This document shows, piece after piece, positions 1 through 11,294 of a stretch of 64,000 bases of DNA. The DNA is from an uncultured delta proteobacterium (lineage in GTDB: Bacteria > Desulfobacterota > Desulfobacteria > Desulfobacterales > JAHEIW01), in NCBI GenBank assembly GCA_963706575.1, contig CAVPNL010000006.1:352001-416000 (forward strand), in the 5' to 3' direction. Within the stretch, counting starts at the first letter, position 1, and every line of letters begins with the position of its first letter. The position numbers and the translations under genes are program-made. Below the pieces are notes generated by a model. It was not told where the DNA came from and did no database searches. It was given only the letters and a program-made list of their open reading frames with translations.

Positions 1-8
1 TCCAGACG

Positions 9-113
9 GGAATGTTGGAATGCTGGAATAATGGAATATTACATGAAAAGTGACCAAATCCTTTTTGGGGATGTTCTTTTCTTATCCCATCATTCCAAAA
101 TTCCATTATTCCA
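9..113. repeat. Inverted array of ~8-nt GGAAT(A/G)NT units
   Basis: ggaatgttggaatgctggaataatggaatatt (9-40) mirrored by cccatcattccaaaattccattattcca (~86-113). Confidence 0.6.
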
Positions 114-265
114 AACCAAGACAGCTTGCCCGTCGGTGCCGGGCCGGGCAACAGCTTGCTCAGCGGGCAGGTGCAAAACCCCGCTGAGCAGGAACAGCCC
201 GTTATACGGCGACAGGGCCCGCAGCGCTGCAGGTCCAGCGGACAGGCGGGCAGACCGAATCAATT

Positions 266-1483
266 TTATTGACCGCGGGCCTCCATAATTTCCTTGCAGG
301 AAGGCATGACCTCCGCTCCCCGCAAGGTAACGATATCTGTGGCAATGGCAAAACCCATCTCGGGCGATATCTTGGTTACACCAAAATTCATTGGCAGAAT
401 GGCCTGGTGATCGCAGGCGCGCATTTCGATCCTGCCCACCGGGCTTTGAATCTGTAAGCCTTCGAGGGCATCAATAAATTTTTCCGTATTCAGGGAACCG
501 GCTTTTTTGTAAGCCTCGGCAATGAATAGGGCCGTGATATAGGCCTGAAAGGCAGGAAACCCGGGCGGATGCCCGTAAGCCTTTTTAAAGGCATTGACAA
601 AACGTTTGTTGGCCGAAAGCTCCGGATAATAAAAATTATAATCGATGGTTCCCATAACCCCTTCGGGTGCATGAATGCCCAATGGGTTTAAGACCGCATG
701 ATCGGTGGCGCTGTGAATATAGATGGCGACTTTGTCAGTCATTCCGGTGGCCTTGATGGCTTTCATAATATTGGTCATGCTGCGGCCGCCGGTGGCAAAG
801 ATCACCGCATCCGGTTTGGCGGCCAAAATGGATGTAATGTAGGGACTCAGATCGGGCTCGCCCGGTTTCCACCAGGATTTACCGATCAGCTGCACCTCGG
901 GTTTGTTTTCCTTGAGGTTTCTCCAGGCCGCATCCGCAATCGCATGGCCGTATTCATAATCATCTCCGGCAATCCAATATTTGACGTAGGGTTTGGTGGA
1001 AAGCGCCACCCCGCCGGATTTACCGGCCATGGCCGTATTTTCGCCGGCAGAGAACACGTAGCGGTGACCTTTTTTGCCGGTGATATTTTCACTTTTTGAG
1101 ATCCAGGCAATAAACGGTACCTTTTCTCTCTTGGCTACCGCTTCGGAAACGGCCAGTGCTGCTCCGCTGTTAATCGTGCCGACCAGAATATCGACATCTT
1201 CCCGTAATACCAGTTCTTTGGCGAAATTCAGCGCCAGATCCACCTTAAACTTCGTATCGCGGGTGGTAAACTCAATCTTTTTGCCCAAAACCCCCTTTGC
1301 ATTTATTTCTTCCAGGGCCAGCTTAAAACCATTGAGGGCATCCTTTCCAAAAACTGCCGCAGGACCGCTATAGCAATCAATTACCCCCACTTTGATGTTC
1401 TTTGCCGCGGCATGTACCGGCATCAGAATAAGGGAGATGGTAAACAGGCCCACCAGCATTGCGATAAAGGCATTTTTTTTCAT
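266..1483 (-). CDS. Branched-chain amino acid-type ABC transporter substrate-binding protein (LivK-like)
   Basis: Signal peptide; IKVGVIDCYSGPAA, EINAKGVLGKKIE, DDYEYG motifs; start reassigned to ATG 1483 behind a GGAGG RBS. Confidence 0.85.
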   Translation of the reverse strand: MKKNAFIAMLVGLFTISLILMPVHAAAKNIKVGVIDCYSGPAAVFGKDALNGFKLALEEINAKGVLGKKIEFTTRDTKFKVDLALNFAKELVLREDVDILVGTINSGAALAVSEAVAKREKVPFIAWISKSENITGKKGHRYVFSAGENTAMAGKSGGVALSTKPYVKYWIAGDDYEYGHAIADAAWRNLKENKPEVQLIGKSWWKPGEPDLSPYITSILAAKPDAVIFATGGRSMTNIMKAIKATGMTDKVAIYIHSATDHAVLNPLGIHAPEGVMGTIDYNFYYPELSANKRFVNAFKKAYGHPPGFPAFQAYITALFIAEAYKKAGSLNTEKFIDALEGLQIQSPVGRIEMRACDHQAILPMNFGVTKISPEMGFAIATDIVTLRGAEVMPSCKEIMEARGQ

Positions 1484-1803
1484 TTTGACCCTCCTTCCAC
1501 TTATGGGTTGAGCGTTAACAGATATATCGGTTTCGTATATTGCTGAAATATTTATCCCTTTCAAGGTTGGACTGAATATGATTCATTTTCTATTCTGATA
1601 TTCTTTCCTATATAGGATACGGATTGAAGTCAAGACTTATTCATTTGGGCGAATACTTCTGAATCTGTCTCTCTTTCTGCAGGAGGGTTATCATAAAATT
1701 TAGTTCTTTTCCTATCTTGACCTAAATAAGCGCATCATGTATTAAAAAAGATTGCATTGATCGATATCTAAAATTCGGCAGTTGCCGAGAGGAATGATGC
1801 AAA

Positions 1804-2889
1804 ATGGAGTATCAGCTTGAGCTTATCAATGTCTCCAAACTATTCGGAGATGTAAGAGCGGTTGATAACGTCTCTTTGCGAATCCAGCACGGAGAGTTTC
1901 TCACACTCCTGGGTCCGAGCGGATCCGGCAAGACCACCACCTTGAATATGATCGCCGGTTTTGAGATTCCTTCCAGGGGCGATATCCTGCTGGAGGATGA
2001 TGATATCACCACGGTTGCGCCGAATAATCGCGGCATCGGCATGGTCTTTCAAAACTATGCGCTCTTCCCCCACATGACCGTATCTGACAATATTGCCTTT
2101 CCGTTAAAGATGCGCAAAATCCCCGGCAACAAAATTCGTCAATCGATTAAGGAAGCACTGGAACTGGTCAAACTTCCCGGATTTGAAGAACGCTATCCTC
2201 ACCAGCTAAGTGGCGGACAGCAGCAGCGGATTGCGTTGGCCCGTGCGCTTGTCTTTGAACCGAAAATTCTGCTGATGGATGAGCCGCTGGGTGCGCTGGA
2301 CAAGAAACTTCGCGACCATATGCGGCTGGAGATTAAACATCTGCATGAGTCGCTAAATATCACCGTGATCTATGTTACCCACGATCAGGAAGAAGCCCTG
2401 ACCATGTCGGATCGTATCGCCATTATGAACGAAGGTAAAATCATTCAGCTGGACATACCGGTGGAGTTGTACGAGTCCCCGGCAAGTCTTTTCGTTGCCG
2501 ACTTCATTGGTGAATCTAATTTTTTAAAGGGATGTGTGACTGAAACCGCCGATGATAAAACTGCCGTTGAGACCGCCGATGGTCTAAAAGTTTGGGTCAA
2601 GAAATTCAACCAGGCGAATCCCGGCGAAGAAGTTTCGGTCGCCATCCGACCGGAAAAAATTCAAATACTTGCTGGAAATGCGGATGATTCGAGTGATATC
2701 ATTAACCGTTTTACGGGTAGAATTGAAGAGATTATTTACGTCGGTGAAGCCAGAATTTATCGGATCAGTCTGGCTGCGGAGACAATTGTCGATGTAAAAG
2801 TGCAAAGCGGACCCAGTGCACAAAACTTCAAGATCGGAGGTGATATTAACCTTGGTTGGCGAACTCGCCACGGCCTTGCTTTGAAGTAA
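1804..2889 (+). CDS. potA: Polyamine/opine-type ABC transporter ATP-binding protein
   Basis: Walker A GPSGSGKT, LSGGQQQR signature, DEPLGALD, C-terminal TOBE-like region. Confidence 0.85.
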   Translation: MEYQLELINVSKLFGDVRAVDNVSLRIQHGEFLTLLGPSGSGKTTTLNMIAGFEIPSRGDILLEDDDITTVAPNNRGIGMVFQNYALFPHMTVSDNIAFPLKMRKIPGNKIRQSIKEALELVKLPGFEERYPHQLSGGQQQRIALARALVFEPKILLMDEPLGALDKKLRDHMRLEIKHLHESLNITVIYVTHDQEEALTMSDRIAIMNEGKIIQLDIPVELYESPASLFVADFIGESNFLKGCVTETADDKTAVETADGLKVWVKKFNQANPGEEVSVAIRPEKIQILAGNADDSSDIINRFTGRIEEIIYVGEARIYRISLAAETIVDVKVQSGPSAQNFKIGGDINLGWRTRHGLALK

Positions 2890-2930
2890 GGCAAATCCTG
2901 CCATAAATCAAACAGACAAGGAGGTGTGGA

Positions 2931-4028
2931 ATGAAAAAGAAAAAGGAAACTCAAAACCACAAAGGCATGACCCGCCGTGAATTTATTGTTACCACCGGCG
3001 CGGCGACGGGCGCAGCTTTGGTAACGGCGTCCGTGGGACCATTTGTGCACACCACCATGGCCAAGGGCGGTACCCTGAAAGTCTGCTCCTACGGCGGTTC
3101 CTATCAAGAATCACAACGGAAAGCGCTCATCCAGCCTTTTGCCGACAAATTCGGCGTGAAAATCATTGAAGAATCCGGTCCGGACATTGCCAAAGTTAAA
3201 GCGCAGGTAGACAATAAATCCTATGAATGGGATGTGGTGGATCTGGAAACCCGTCATATTGCCCGCGGCGAACTGGAAAACTTGCTAGAGCCCATTGATA
3301 CCAATGTCGTTAACCTCGACGGAATCGACAAAAAGGCCATCCGCAAGGCCGCCATCGGCAATATTTTCTGGACCACTTCTTTGGCATACAACAAGAAAGC
3401 ACTCGGTGGTAAGAAACCCTGCGCCAGCTGGGCTGATTTCTGGGATGTGAAGAATTTCCCCGGACCCAGAGCACTTCAAGATCAGGCAGCGTTTAATCTG
3501 GAGTTTGCCCTGCTGGCCGATGGCGTGCCCAAGAACAAGATCTATCCGATTGATGTCCCCAGAGCCTTCAAAAAAATGGATGAGATCAGAGATCACATCG
3601 CCGTCTGGTGGAAGAGCGGCGCCGAGCAAATCCAACTGCTGACCAGTGCCGAAGCGCATTACGCATCCGCCTGGAACGGCCGCGTCAACGTTGCCCAGGG
3701 TAAGGGGGTGCCTTTAGAGATTGTATGGGAGGGGGGCATCCTCGATCTGGATTGGTGGGCCATCCCCAGGGGGAACCCGAATAAAGATCTTGCCATGAAG
3801 TTCATCGATTTTGCCATAAAAGCAGAGCGACAGGGTGAGCAGATGCAGAAATACATTGCCTATGGTCCGACCAACCTCGGTGCTTTCAAATACATCACCG
3901 CTGAGCGGGCCAAGGACTTGCCGTCTTATCCGGAAAACCTCAAAAAACAGTTTGTGCAGGATGCAGACTACTGGGGTCCGAATCTGGCGCCGTTGACGGA
4001 GCAGTGGAAGACCTGGATCATTTCTTAG
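2931..4028 (+). CDS. potD: PotD/PotF-family substrate-binding protein with Tat signal
   Basis: TRREFI twin-arginine motif; SYGG, SWADFWD..FPG.R, AWNGR motifs. Confidence 0.8.
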   Translation: MKKKKETQNHKGMTRREFIVTTGAATGAALVTASVGPFVHTTMAKGGTLKVCSYGGSYQESQRKALIQPFADKFGVKIIEESGPDIAKVKAQVDNKSYEWDVVDLETRHIARGELENLLEPIDTNVVNLDGIDKKAIRKAAIGNIFWTTSLAYNKKALGGKKPCASWADFWDVKNFPGPRALQDQAAFNLEFALLADGVPKNKIYPIDVPRAFKKMDEIRDHIAVWWKSGAEQIQLLTSAEAHYASAWNGRVNVAQGKGVPLEIVWEGGILDLDWWAIPRGNPNKDLAMKFIDFAIKAERQGEQMQKYIAYGPTNLGAFKYITAERAKDLPSYPENLKKQFVQDADYWGPNLAPLTEQWKTWIIS

Positions 4029-4069
4029 AATCGGATTGGTTTTAATGCCGCATTGAACGGTTCAATCCA

Positions 4070-4098
4070 GCCGGGGGAGGCATCCTGCTTCCCCCGGC
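4070..4098 (+). terminator. Intercistronic GC-rich stem-loop after the binding-protein gene
   Basis: gccgggggaggca-tcc-tgcttcccccggc; no U-tract, so possibly an mRNA-stabilising hairpin. Confidence 0.5.
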
Positions 4099-4190
4099 CA
4101 AACCCTGATCGAAATTTTGCATGAAAATGGAAGCCTCCGACTTGTCCGCCTCTGGAGGACTCGTGCAAAATTTAGATATGGTATCATAAA

Positions 4191-5081
4191 TTGGAAGCAG
4201 CCACCCATATCAAGCCGGATAAAGAAGCTTCTGCCAGCCTCTGGCAGCAGCGGGGTTTCAGGCAATTTATGCTGGTGGTTCCGGCCTTGCTGGCGCTTTT
4301 TATGCTTTTTGTCTACCCAATTTCAAGTGTCCTGCTGCGAAGTCTTTTTAGCCCGGATTTTACGCTGGAGCACTATCTCTATTTTTTTAAAACGCCCCTG
4401 TATTCGCGAGTTTTGTGGATTACATTTCAAATTAGCATTTTATCCACCTTATCCGCTCTGATCGTTGGGTATCCCATTGCCTATGTGCTGCGTCGCGCCA
4501 GACCCGGCATTCGCAATTTTTTCTTACTGGCGATAACCCTCTCCTTTATGATCAGCCTTTTGGTGCGCAATTATTCCTGGATAATCGTCTTGCAGCGCAG
4601 CGGTGTGATCAACACGGTGTTCACCTACTTCGGGCTGATCGACACGCCTGTTAAGCTTCTGCATAACAAATTGGGCGTGATGGTCGGTATGACGCATATA
4701 TTCGTGCCCTACATTGTATTTCCAATTTACAGTGTCATGATGGGAATTGATTTAAACCTCGAGAAGGCTGCCCGCAACCTAGGCGCGACGCGATGGCAGA
4801 CATTCTGGCGGGTGTCATTTCCCCTCAGCCTGCCCGGCATCGGTGCCGGTGCCCTGCTGGTCTTTATTATGGCGCTGGGCTTTTTCATTACGCCGGCGCT
4901 ATTGGGTGGGCGCAAAGAGCAGATGCTTTCCAACTTAATTCAGATTCAGATTGTTGACCTGCTGAACTGGCCGTTTGCTTCGGCCATGTCGGTCATCCTG
5001 TTGATCGCAACGCTGATTGTTTTTTCGATTTACAACCGATATTTAGGAGTGGAACGCCTGTGGGGAGGGGTAAAAACATGA
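4191..5081 (+). CDS. potB: ABC transporter permease (PotB-like)
   Basis: Multiple TM helices; EAA loop LEKAARNLGA; GFFITPALLGG. Confidence 0.85.
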   Translation: MEAATHIKPDKEASASLWQQRGFRQFMLVVPALLALFMLFVYPISSVLLRSLFSPDFTLEHYLYFFKTPLYSRVLWITFQISILSTLSALIVGYPIAYVLRRARPGIRNFFLLAITLSFMISLLVRNYSWIIVLQRSGVINTVFTYFGLIDTPVKLLHNKLGVMVGMTHIFVPYIVFPIYSVMMGIDLNLEKAARNLGATRWQTFWRVSFPLSLPGIGAGALLVFIMALGFFITPALLGGRKEQMLSNLIQIQIVDLLNWPFASAMSVILLIATLIVFSIYNRYLGVERLWGGVKT

Positions 5082-5911
5082 GCAAACGGTCGCGTAAAAG
5101 GGCGGCACGCTTCGACCCGCTGCACATTGGCTGGCCGCTTTGGATTGTTTCGGGATCGGCGATTTTGTTTCTCATCGCTCCGGTATTGTTGCTGATACCC
5201 ATGTCCCTGGGCTCGGCTGAAATTATCGAATTTCCGCCCAGCAAAATCGGTTTTGATCAATATCACAAATTTTTCAACCATCCGGCCTGGCAAAGCGCCG
5301 TTTTGAATTCTTTGCAGGTATCGGCCATGACAGCCGTGTTTTCTACTTTTCTCGGGGTCCTGGCCTCACTGGGGCTGGTCTGGGGCCGCTTCAAGGGCAA
5401 AGGCCTCATCAACGCTTTTATCATTTCGCCGATGATTGTCCCCCTGATTGTCATGGCATTGGCTTTTTACATTAGCCTGGCCAAATTCGGGCTGCTGGGG
5501 ACCAAGCTGGGACTCGTGCTGGCATACACACCATTAACCTTGCCCTTTACGGTTTTGCCTATCTCTGCCACGCTGCGCGGATTTGATCGCAGTCTCGAAC
5601 ATGCTGCCCGCATATTAGGCGCCAATCGATTCCAGACGTTTACGAAAGTCACCTTTCCGATCATCAGGCCCGGGGTTTTGACCGGGGCCATCTTTGCTTT
5701 TATGATTGCCTTTGATGAAGTCGTTATTGCCCTGTTTATTTGCGGTTCAACTGCGGTAACCCTTCCCAAAAAGATGTGGGATGTCATCCGCTATGAGATC
5801 GAACCCATGCTGCCGGCCATATCCACGCTGCTTTTTCTTCTGGCAACCCTGATTCTGGTGCTTGTTGGTTTTCTACAGCAGCGCCTTGCCCGACGCATGA
5901 CCGCTGGCTGA
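5078..5911 (+). CDS. potC: ABC transporter permease (PotC-like)
   Basis: EAA loop LEHAARILGA; AFDEVVIALF; ATG 5078 overlaps the potB stop (ATGA). Confidence 0.85.
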   Translation: MSKRSRKRAARFDPLHIGWPLWIVSGSAILFLIAPVLLLIPMSLGSAEIIEFPPSKIGFDQYHKFFNHPAWQSAVLNSLQVSAMTAVFSTFLGVLASLGLVWGRFKGKGLINAFIISPMIVPLIVMALAFYISLAKFGLLGTKLGLVLAYTPLTLPFTVLPISATLRGFDRSLEHAARILGANRFQTFTKVTFPIIRPGVLTGAIFAFMIAFDEVVIALFICGSTAVTLPKKMWDVIRYEIEPMLPAISTLLFLLATLILVLVGFLQQRLARRMTAG

Positions 5912-5985
5912 GCTGCCCCGCTTTTCGACAGTTGTGCTGAATTACCACCCAGGGGAAACCACTTCTAAATAGACTGAGGGAAATC

Positions 5986-6639
5986 ATGTTTCCGAAATTT
6001 TCTATATCGGCCAAATACCAGGAACGGTATCCGGGTGTCGGCTTTGGGCTGACACTGATAACCGGCTGTCAAAATCATGAGAATCCGCCAGGGTTTGATC
6101 AGCATAAGCGCAAACGGCTGCGCAAGATGAGAAAGCGCGAAACCCTGGCCGAGATTAGCGCACGGATCGGCACCTATGCCGATTTCTTTCAAAGTTTCGG
6201 CTTTGAGTGTCCGCTAACCCAGCATCTGAAGCGAACGATTAACAGCGGTTTTCCGCGTTATGATCTGATCGTGGATGCGCACTTCATGGCTGAAATGTGT
6301 GCCGGGATTCTGGTGGCGGTGACGGATTATGATCGTTTTGACGGCAATCTGACCTTGGATACTACCGTTGAGGGAGAAGTTTGTGCGGGCATGGGTGGTC
6401 GCGAGTTTATTACCAAAGAAGATGAGATTGTGCTGCGGGATGAAAAAGAAATTGTCTGTGTTTTGTGCCAGGGGGCGGACGAAAAGACCCGGGCACACGA
6501 GGATACGAGTAATGTTCTTTTTTATGCCTATGCGGTTCCCGGCATTGACAGCCAATACTTAAAAGACGGGCTGACGGTTGCAGCCGAAACCATGGCTGAA
6601 TTCGGCGGGGGCAAGGTTGAAGGAATAGAGGTTTATTAA
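5986..6639 (+). CDS. Stand-alone B3/4 domain protein (PheRS beta editing-domain homologue)
   Basis: Pattern FPRYDLIVD...DYDRFDGNLTL...EIVLRDEKEIV...KT typical of B3/4 proteins. Confidence 0.7.
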   Translation: MFPKFSISAKYQERYPGVGFGLTLITGCQNHENPPGFDQHKRKRLRKMRKRETLAEISARIGTYADFFQSFGFECPLTQHLKRTINSGFPRYDLIVDAHFMAEMCAGILVAVTDYDRFDGNLTLDTTVEGEVCAGMGGREFITKEDEIVLRDEKEIVCVLCQGADEKTRAHEDTSNVLFYAYAVPGIDSQYLKDGLTVAAETMAEFGGGKVEGIEVY

Positions 6640-6684
6640 TCGGTTATGCGCTTAATGGGAATATTTGTTCTTTTCGTTGCATTT

Positions 6685-6773
6685 TTTCACCACGAAGGAC
6701 ACGAAGCTCACAAAGGGAATTAAAAGTAATAATCTGATTGCTTTACTTTTTGTTCTTCGTGATCTTCGTGGTT
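6685..6773. repeat. CACRRAG 9-mer inverted-array element, copy 1
   Basis: accacgaaggacacgaagctcacaaag ... tttgttcttcgtgatcttcgtggtt; related copies at 36951 and 54186. Confidence 0.75.
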
Positions 6774-6838
6774 GCTGTCAGTTTATTTGTGGCACCTTCT
6801 GCTTGTGGAGTTCTCAGCTGATTTCAACTTGCCGGTTT

Positions 6839-7375
6839 TTAGGATTCGATTCGCTCCTCAAATTTTTCCAATGCTTCCCGCAGCAACTGGCGAATGAACA
6901 CCTCCTTATCTCTGATAACAAGTTTCTGGTAGGCCTCATGTCCCGGATGGGACGATGCCAGCCCCGGCGGGTTGTCTTTGAATCGGTGGCGCATTTGCTC
7001 GTAGGTCTGGACCATTGAGATCATCGTGAAGTTCTGGCAGGGCAGGGATTCAAGCCATTCCAGGCGGCGCATCATTTCAAACCGCATCTGATCGGCCAAA
7101 AACAGGTGGATATCCACCACCCGCATCTGCTGCTCACTGGCCAGATAGTTGAACTTGGTGGCCGGCCCGAAGTCCAGAACCCCCATTATCATTTCATAAT
7201 ACGCCATCGAGCTGTCTTCGCCGGGCTGGGCCAGAAAATAAAGTGTCTTGTCGGTTAGATCCGTCAGGCAGGTGTTTGCATCGTAGGCTTCGCCGAAACG
7301 TTTCTGCCAGGGGCCGAAGGCCCGCTGTTCAACTACTTTGGTGCGATAATGATGAAGGTCAACGACTTTTGTCAT
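6839..7375 (-). CDS. Hypothetical protein
   Basis: 178-aa ORF, protein-like composition, fills the gap; no motif recognised. Confidence 0.7.
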   Translation of the reverse strand: MTKVVDLHHYRTKVVEQRAFGPWQKRFGEAYDANTCLTDLTDKTLYFLAQPGEDSSMAYYEMIMGVLDFGPATKFNYLASEQQMRVVDIHLFLADQMRFEMMRRLEWLESLPCQNFTMISMVQTYEQMRHRFKDNPPGLASSHPGHEAYQKLVIRDKEVFIRQLLREALEKFEERIES

Positions 7376-7466
7376 GGTTGAGAAGTATAAAGAAATGCGA
7401 ATTCGGTGTCAATCTAAGTTGATCGGTTGTTGTGTAATGCGAAGCTAATTAACCGAAATTTGAGCT

Positions 7467-10400
7467 TTATTTTTTTTTAATGAGCTGTTCGAAAATATTC
7501 TGGACCCCTTTCTCAAGGGATTTTTGGAGAGCCTGTTCCGCCAGGCCGGCGGTGGCCTTTTGCATGCTGCTTTCGTCAATATCCGGGTTTTTCGAGTTAC
7601 CGCGGATGGGGACATCGATGGTGACGCCTTCAAGAAACCGGTAGGCTTTATCTCCAACCAGTTTGGGGGTAATCGGCAATTTGGCGATATAATCAAGACT
7701 TTTATCAAAACCCACCGAACCGCGCAGCTCGATGGGATAGCCGTCGATTTCAAACCGGATGGGAGAGGTCTCAATCCGTCCGTTGCGGGCCACAAAATCT
7801 ATATCCAGATCCCCAAAATCCATTTCATTTCCGCGAACCCCGATCAAAGCCAGCAGCCCTGAAAGCAGGTTGGTGGAATTTATTCGAACTCCCTTTAAGC
7901 GCAAAGTACCGGCAAATGAGGTTTTATCCCGGTCCTTTTTATCCAGTGCCCAATTGAAATGCTGCATATACAGATCAACGTGTCCTTGAGCCTGGAGCGA
8001 ACCCTGGAAAACCGGATGAATTTTAGACATTAAACCTTCGGCCATGGCGTCGGTGATTTCAACATCTTTTAGGATGGTTGAATCCGGTGGCAGGGTTAGC
8101 ATATAGGGTTCTTTTTTCAGATCGATTTTAGGCTCCAGATTCAACTGGCCGCCGTTGGCGGTTGCTGCCAATTTGGCGACGGCGGATTCATTGGCAACGC
8201 GTAATGGAATTTCGGTGGCGGAGATATCCAGACCGAAGGCGTCAATGGAATCTGCGCGAATGGCCCCGTTAAAGTCTGTCTGTTTGAGTGCATCCGTCCA
8301 GCGAGTTCTGCCGGAGACCATTTTGAGTTTAAAGGGATTGTCGCCTTTGCCCGTTATGGTGATCTGGGGGCCGGCAATTTTCTGAAGGTAAGGGGACAGC
8401 ATCTTCAAATCTAAATTGATGTTGCCGCTGGCATCCAGCTTTTTTTCGTTACCGGTCTGATCCAGATTTCCGGTCGCCGAAAGGGACAAGGGGGTGGAGT
8501 TTAGCTGGATGTTTTCGATCGTAAGCGCCTTTCCGTCCGGGCTGCGTTTTAATTTCGCCTGCAGCTTGACGTGATCCTCGGAAATCGGGGGCAGGGTATC
8601 AGAGGTTAACTTGAAAGGAGAAAGATCGGCATCGACGTTTAAAAACTGGGCATTCGGAGATGAAAAGTCCAAATCGAGATCAAATGTTCCTTTACCTGCA
8701 ATTTGGGTTTTTTCCGGCAATTGGATGAAATCACCGTAGGACTGGATCAGTTTAGCCAGGTCAAGCTGGGCCTTTGCCCTTGCTTTCATGTCTTTTTGGA
8801 GGTCCGACCAATCGTTGATCGTTAATTCAGGTATGGTGATCGTGCCCGCTGAGCCGTCGATGTCAATGGGAGCAAACCGGGCGGATTTCGTTTCGAAATT
8901 GAGCTTTCCTTTGGTTTCCAGAGTCAAACGGTCATCGTGCAGTGTTTTTTGTCCGTCGTGATAACGAAAATTATGGGTAGCGACCCGCGTGCTGTTTAGC
9001 ACCAGAAGCTGTGCGTCCATTGATCCGCTGGATTGAATATGAGCGGTTCCCGCCAGACGGGTGTTATGGGGAAGTTTTTTAAAATTTCGCAGCAGGTCTG
9101 AAATCTGCTGCAAATTAAAGTTGCCGTCGATTGATAAATTGTCGGCCGTGGGCAGACTTCCCGCGGGATTTAACTGAAAACGGGTGGCGCTGAATTTTCC
9201 CCGGGCCATCGATGACTGAATGGTTAACTTTGGCTGTTGAAATTGACTGACGGTTAAACCTTCGCCTTTGTGGACCGTGGCGCTGAAATCGGCTTTGACA
9301 TCCTGCTTCGGAAGAATGGGCGCCCCGTTGCGGTTCAAAGCCAGATTACGAATATCCAAATTTACGGCTGCAGCGCCTATATTGGGCGCGGTTTCATTGA
9401 CCTGAAGCTTGGCAAACAGTTTGCCGGAACCGTCCCATTCGCTGACATCGAGAAATTTTTTTAATTCTCTAAGCGCTGCCGCCATGTCCGCTGAAAGCGT
9501 GACCCGCATGTTGCTGAAATCTCCACTGTCCGTCTCCATTCAGAAAGGAGGAGCGCAGCGATAAGGTGTCTATGCGGATTCCCTGAGAGCTTCTCTCGCC
9601 GCGGGCTTTTACTGATATTGGCTGATTCCAGGCAACGGGTTTGCCTTTGCTGAGGCCCTTTAATTGATCGATGCGAGCGCTGCTTTCAAATGCGGTGACG
9701 TCCTCTGTCGATTTGACGTTGGCAGACAGTGTGAGTTTGCCCTCAGACAGTGTCAGGTCTTGGCGCAGCTTTAAGGTGCCGGGCAGCTGAGAAAAAACTT
9801 CGGCCAGGCTGATAGCGGCCGAACCCTGTAATTGATTTTGGCCCCGGCCGGAAAACTGTCCCCGGACGGTTCCATTCGCCAGAGAGGATTGTAACTTCAG
9901 TTGGTTTAGCGACAGGACATCCTGGCTTATGGTGGCGTCTATTTCGGTGGTGATACCCTTAATCCGGGGATGATCCGCACCCAGCGGCCCGCCCCAGAGC
10001 TCCAGCCGGTTCAAGGACAATTTTCCTTTGATGTCCAAGGCCTTCGCCGCGCTGCCCTGTAAGGCAAGATCGACGTTTAAACGTCCTTTGCCTGATGGAA
10101 AATTACCCCGGGAAGCCATTATCGCCAGTATATCTTCAAGCTCCCAGTTGGTGATTTTCAAGCGGGCATCGGATTGAATTGCCTTCAGGTCAAGGGGATT
10201 GTTCGCAGAAAGGGTCAGGTTGCCTTCGCCGGACAAGGTACCGACGGTGTCGCCCGATGTCAGGAAAACCTGGTAGGCGATGGGTTTTTCGATGTCGGAT
10301 ATATCCAGAAAAAGATCCAGGTCTTTGACCACTGTTTTTTCACTACCGGCCGTGTTTACGGTACGGATGGCGCCGTCGGTAATTTTGAGCAGCCCTGAAA

Positions 10401-10809
10401 AGGTCGGAAAAACGCCGGATTGGGGGGGAGCCGTTTTTTCAGATACATCAGATGGCTGTTTATCCGGGAGATAAAAAGCCACTTGCGGCTTAACGACTTC
10501 AATTCCTCCCAGATTGCCGGTATCGGCCAGCAATTGAAACAGTCCGCGATATCCTTTCAGCTCGGCGACTTCAATGAAAAGGTTTTCCTGTCGATGGTCG
10601 TAGATGATGCCTTTGGCTTCAATACCGCTGAACCATTTAAACGTCCATTCTGCGACCTGTAGCTGTCCGGGTAAATGCCGGTTGACGCTTTCCAGTATGT
10701 GCGGCTTCAGCAGGTTGCTGGATAAGATTGCAGGCAAAAACACCAGTCCGATAAAAATCACGAAAAACAACGAAATCCCCGTCCAAAGCAACACCGGTTT
10801 TGTTTTCAT
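7467..10809 (-). pseudogene. AsmA-family protein split by a single-base frameshift (or sequencing error)
   Basis: ORFs 9469-10809 and 7467-9539 overlap in different frames; N-terminal TM anchor and beta-rich repeats; AsmA-like C-terminus (GSVGFDKSLDY...VPIRG...P); span is 3n+1. Confidence 0.75.
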
Positions 10810-11294
10810 TTTGCTCCCTCAGAGATCACTTGCTCAGATCTTCGTCCTTTCAAATACTATTTTTTTTGTCTGAGTTTCGGAATTTTAACCGCGCAACCGG
10901 CCAATGTGAAACCGGCACCCAGATAAAAGACGCTTCATTTAACAGATCATTACGGATTCTGCTAATAGATAGGATGTACCCGTACCATTAGCAAGATAAT
11001 ACATAACGCTGATAATCAAAATCGAAGCTTTTTCTAACCAGGTGCATCTTGGCCGATATGTTAAACCTGATTATGCGGTCAGCTGTGATACACTTGATCA
11101 TGGGCATGGCGATTGACGAATGCAGCTAAAAAATGCCGGTGCCTATTGGCGTTTGTCATTTGATGATTAATGTATGCTCTATCCGGATGACAATTTTCAC
11201 CGGAATTTTAAGCGCGCCTGAGGCTTTCATTTTCTCATTAACTTGAATGCGAGGTTCAGGTAAATGGGTATGTTGATCGATAAATGCCGTAAGG

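Noticed and set aside
6665..7018. Short ORFs arising from repeats (6665-7018, 36995-37195, 28870-29097, 59283-59558) and antisense ORFs inside long genes
   Set aside because: They are translations of repeat elements or shadows of real genes, with no independent coding signal
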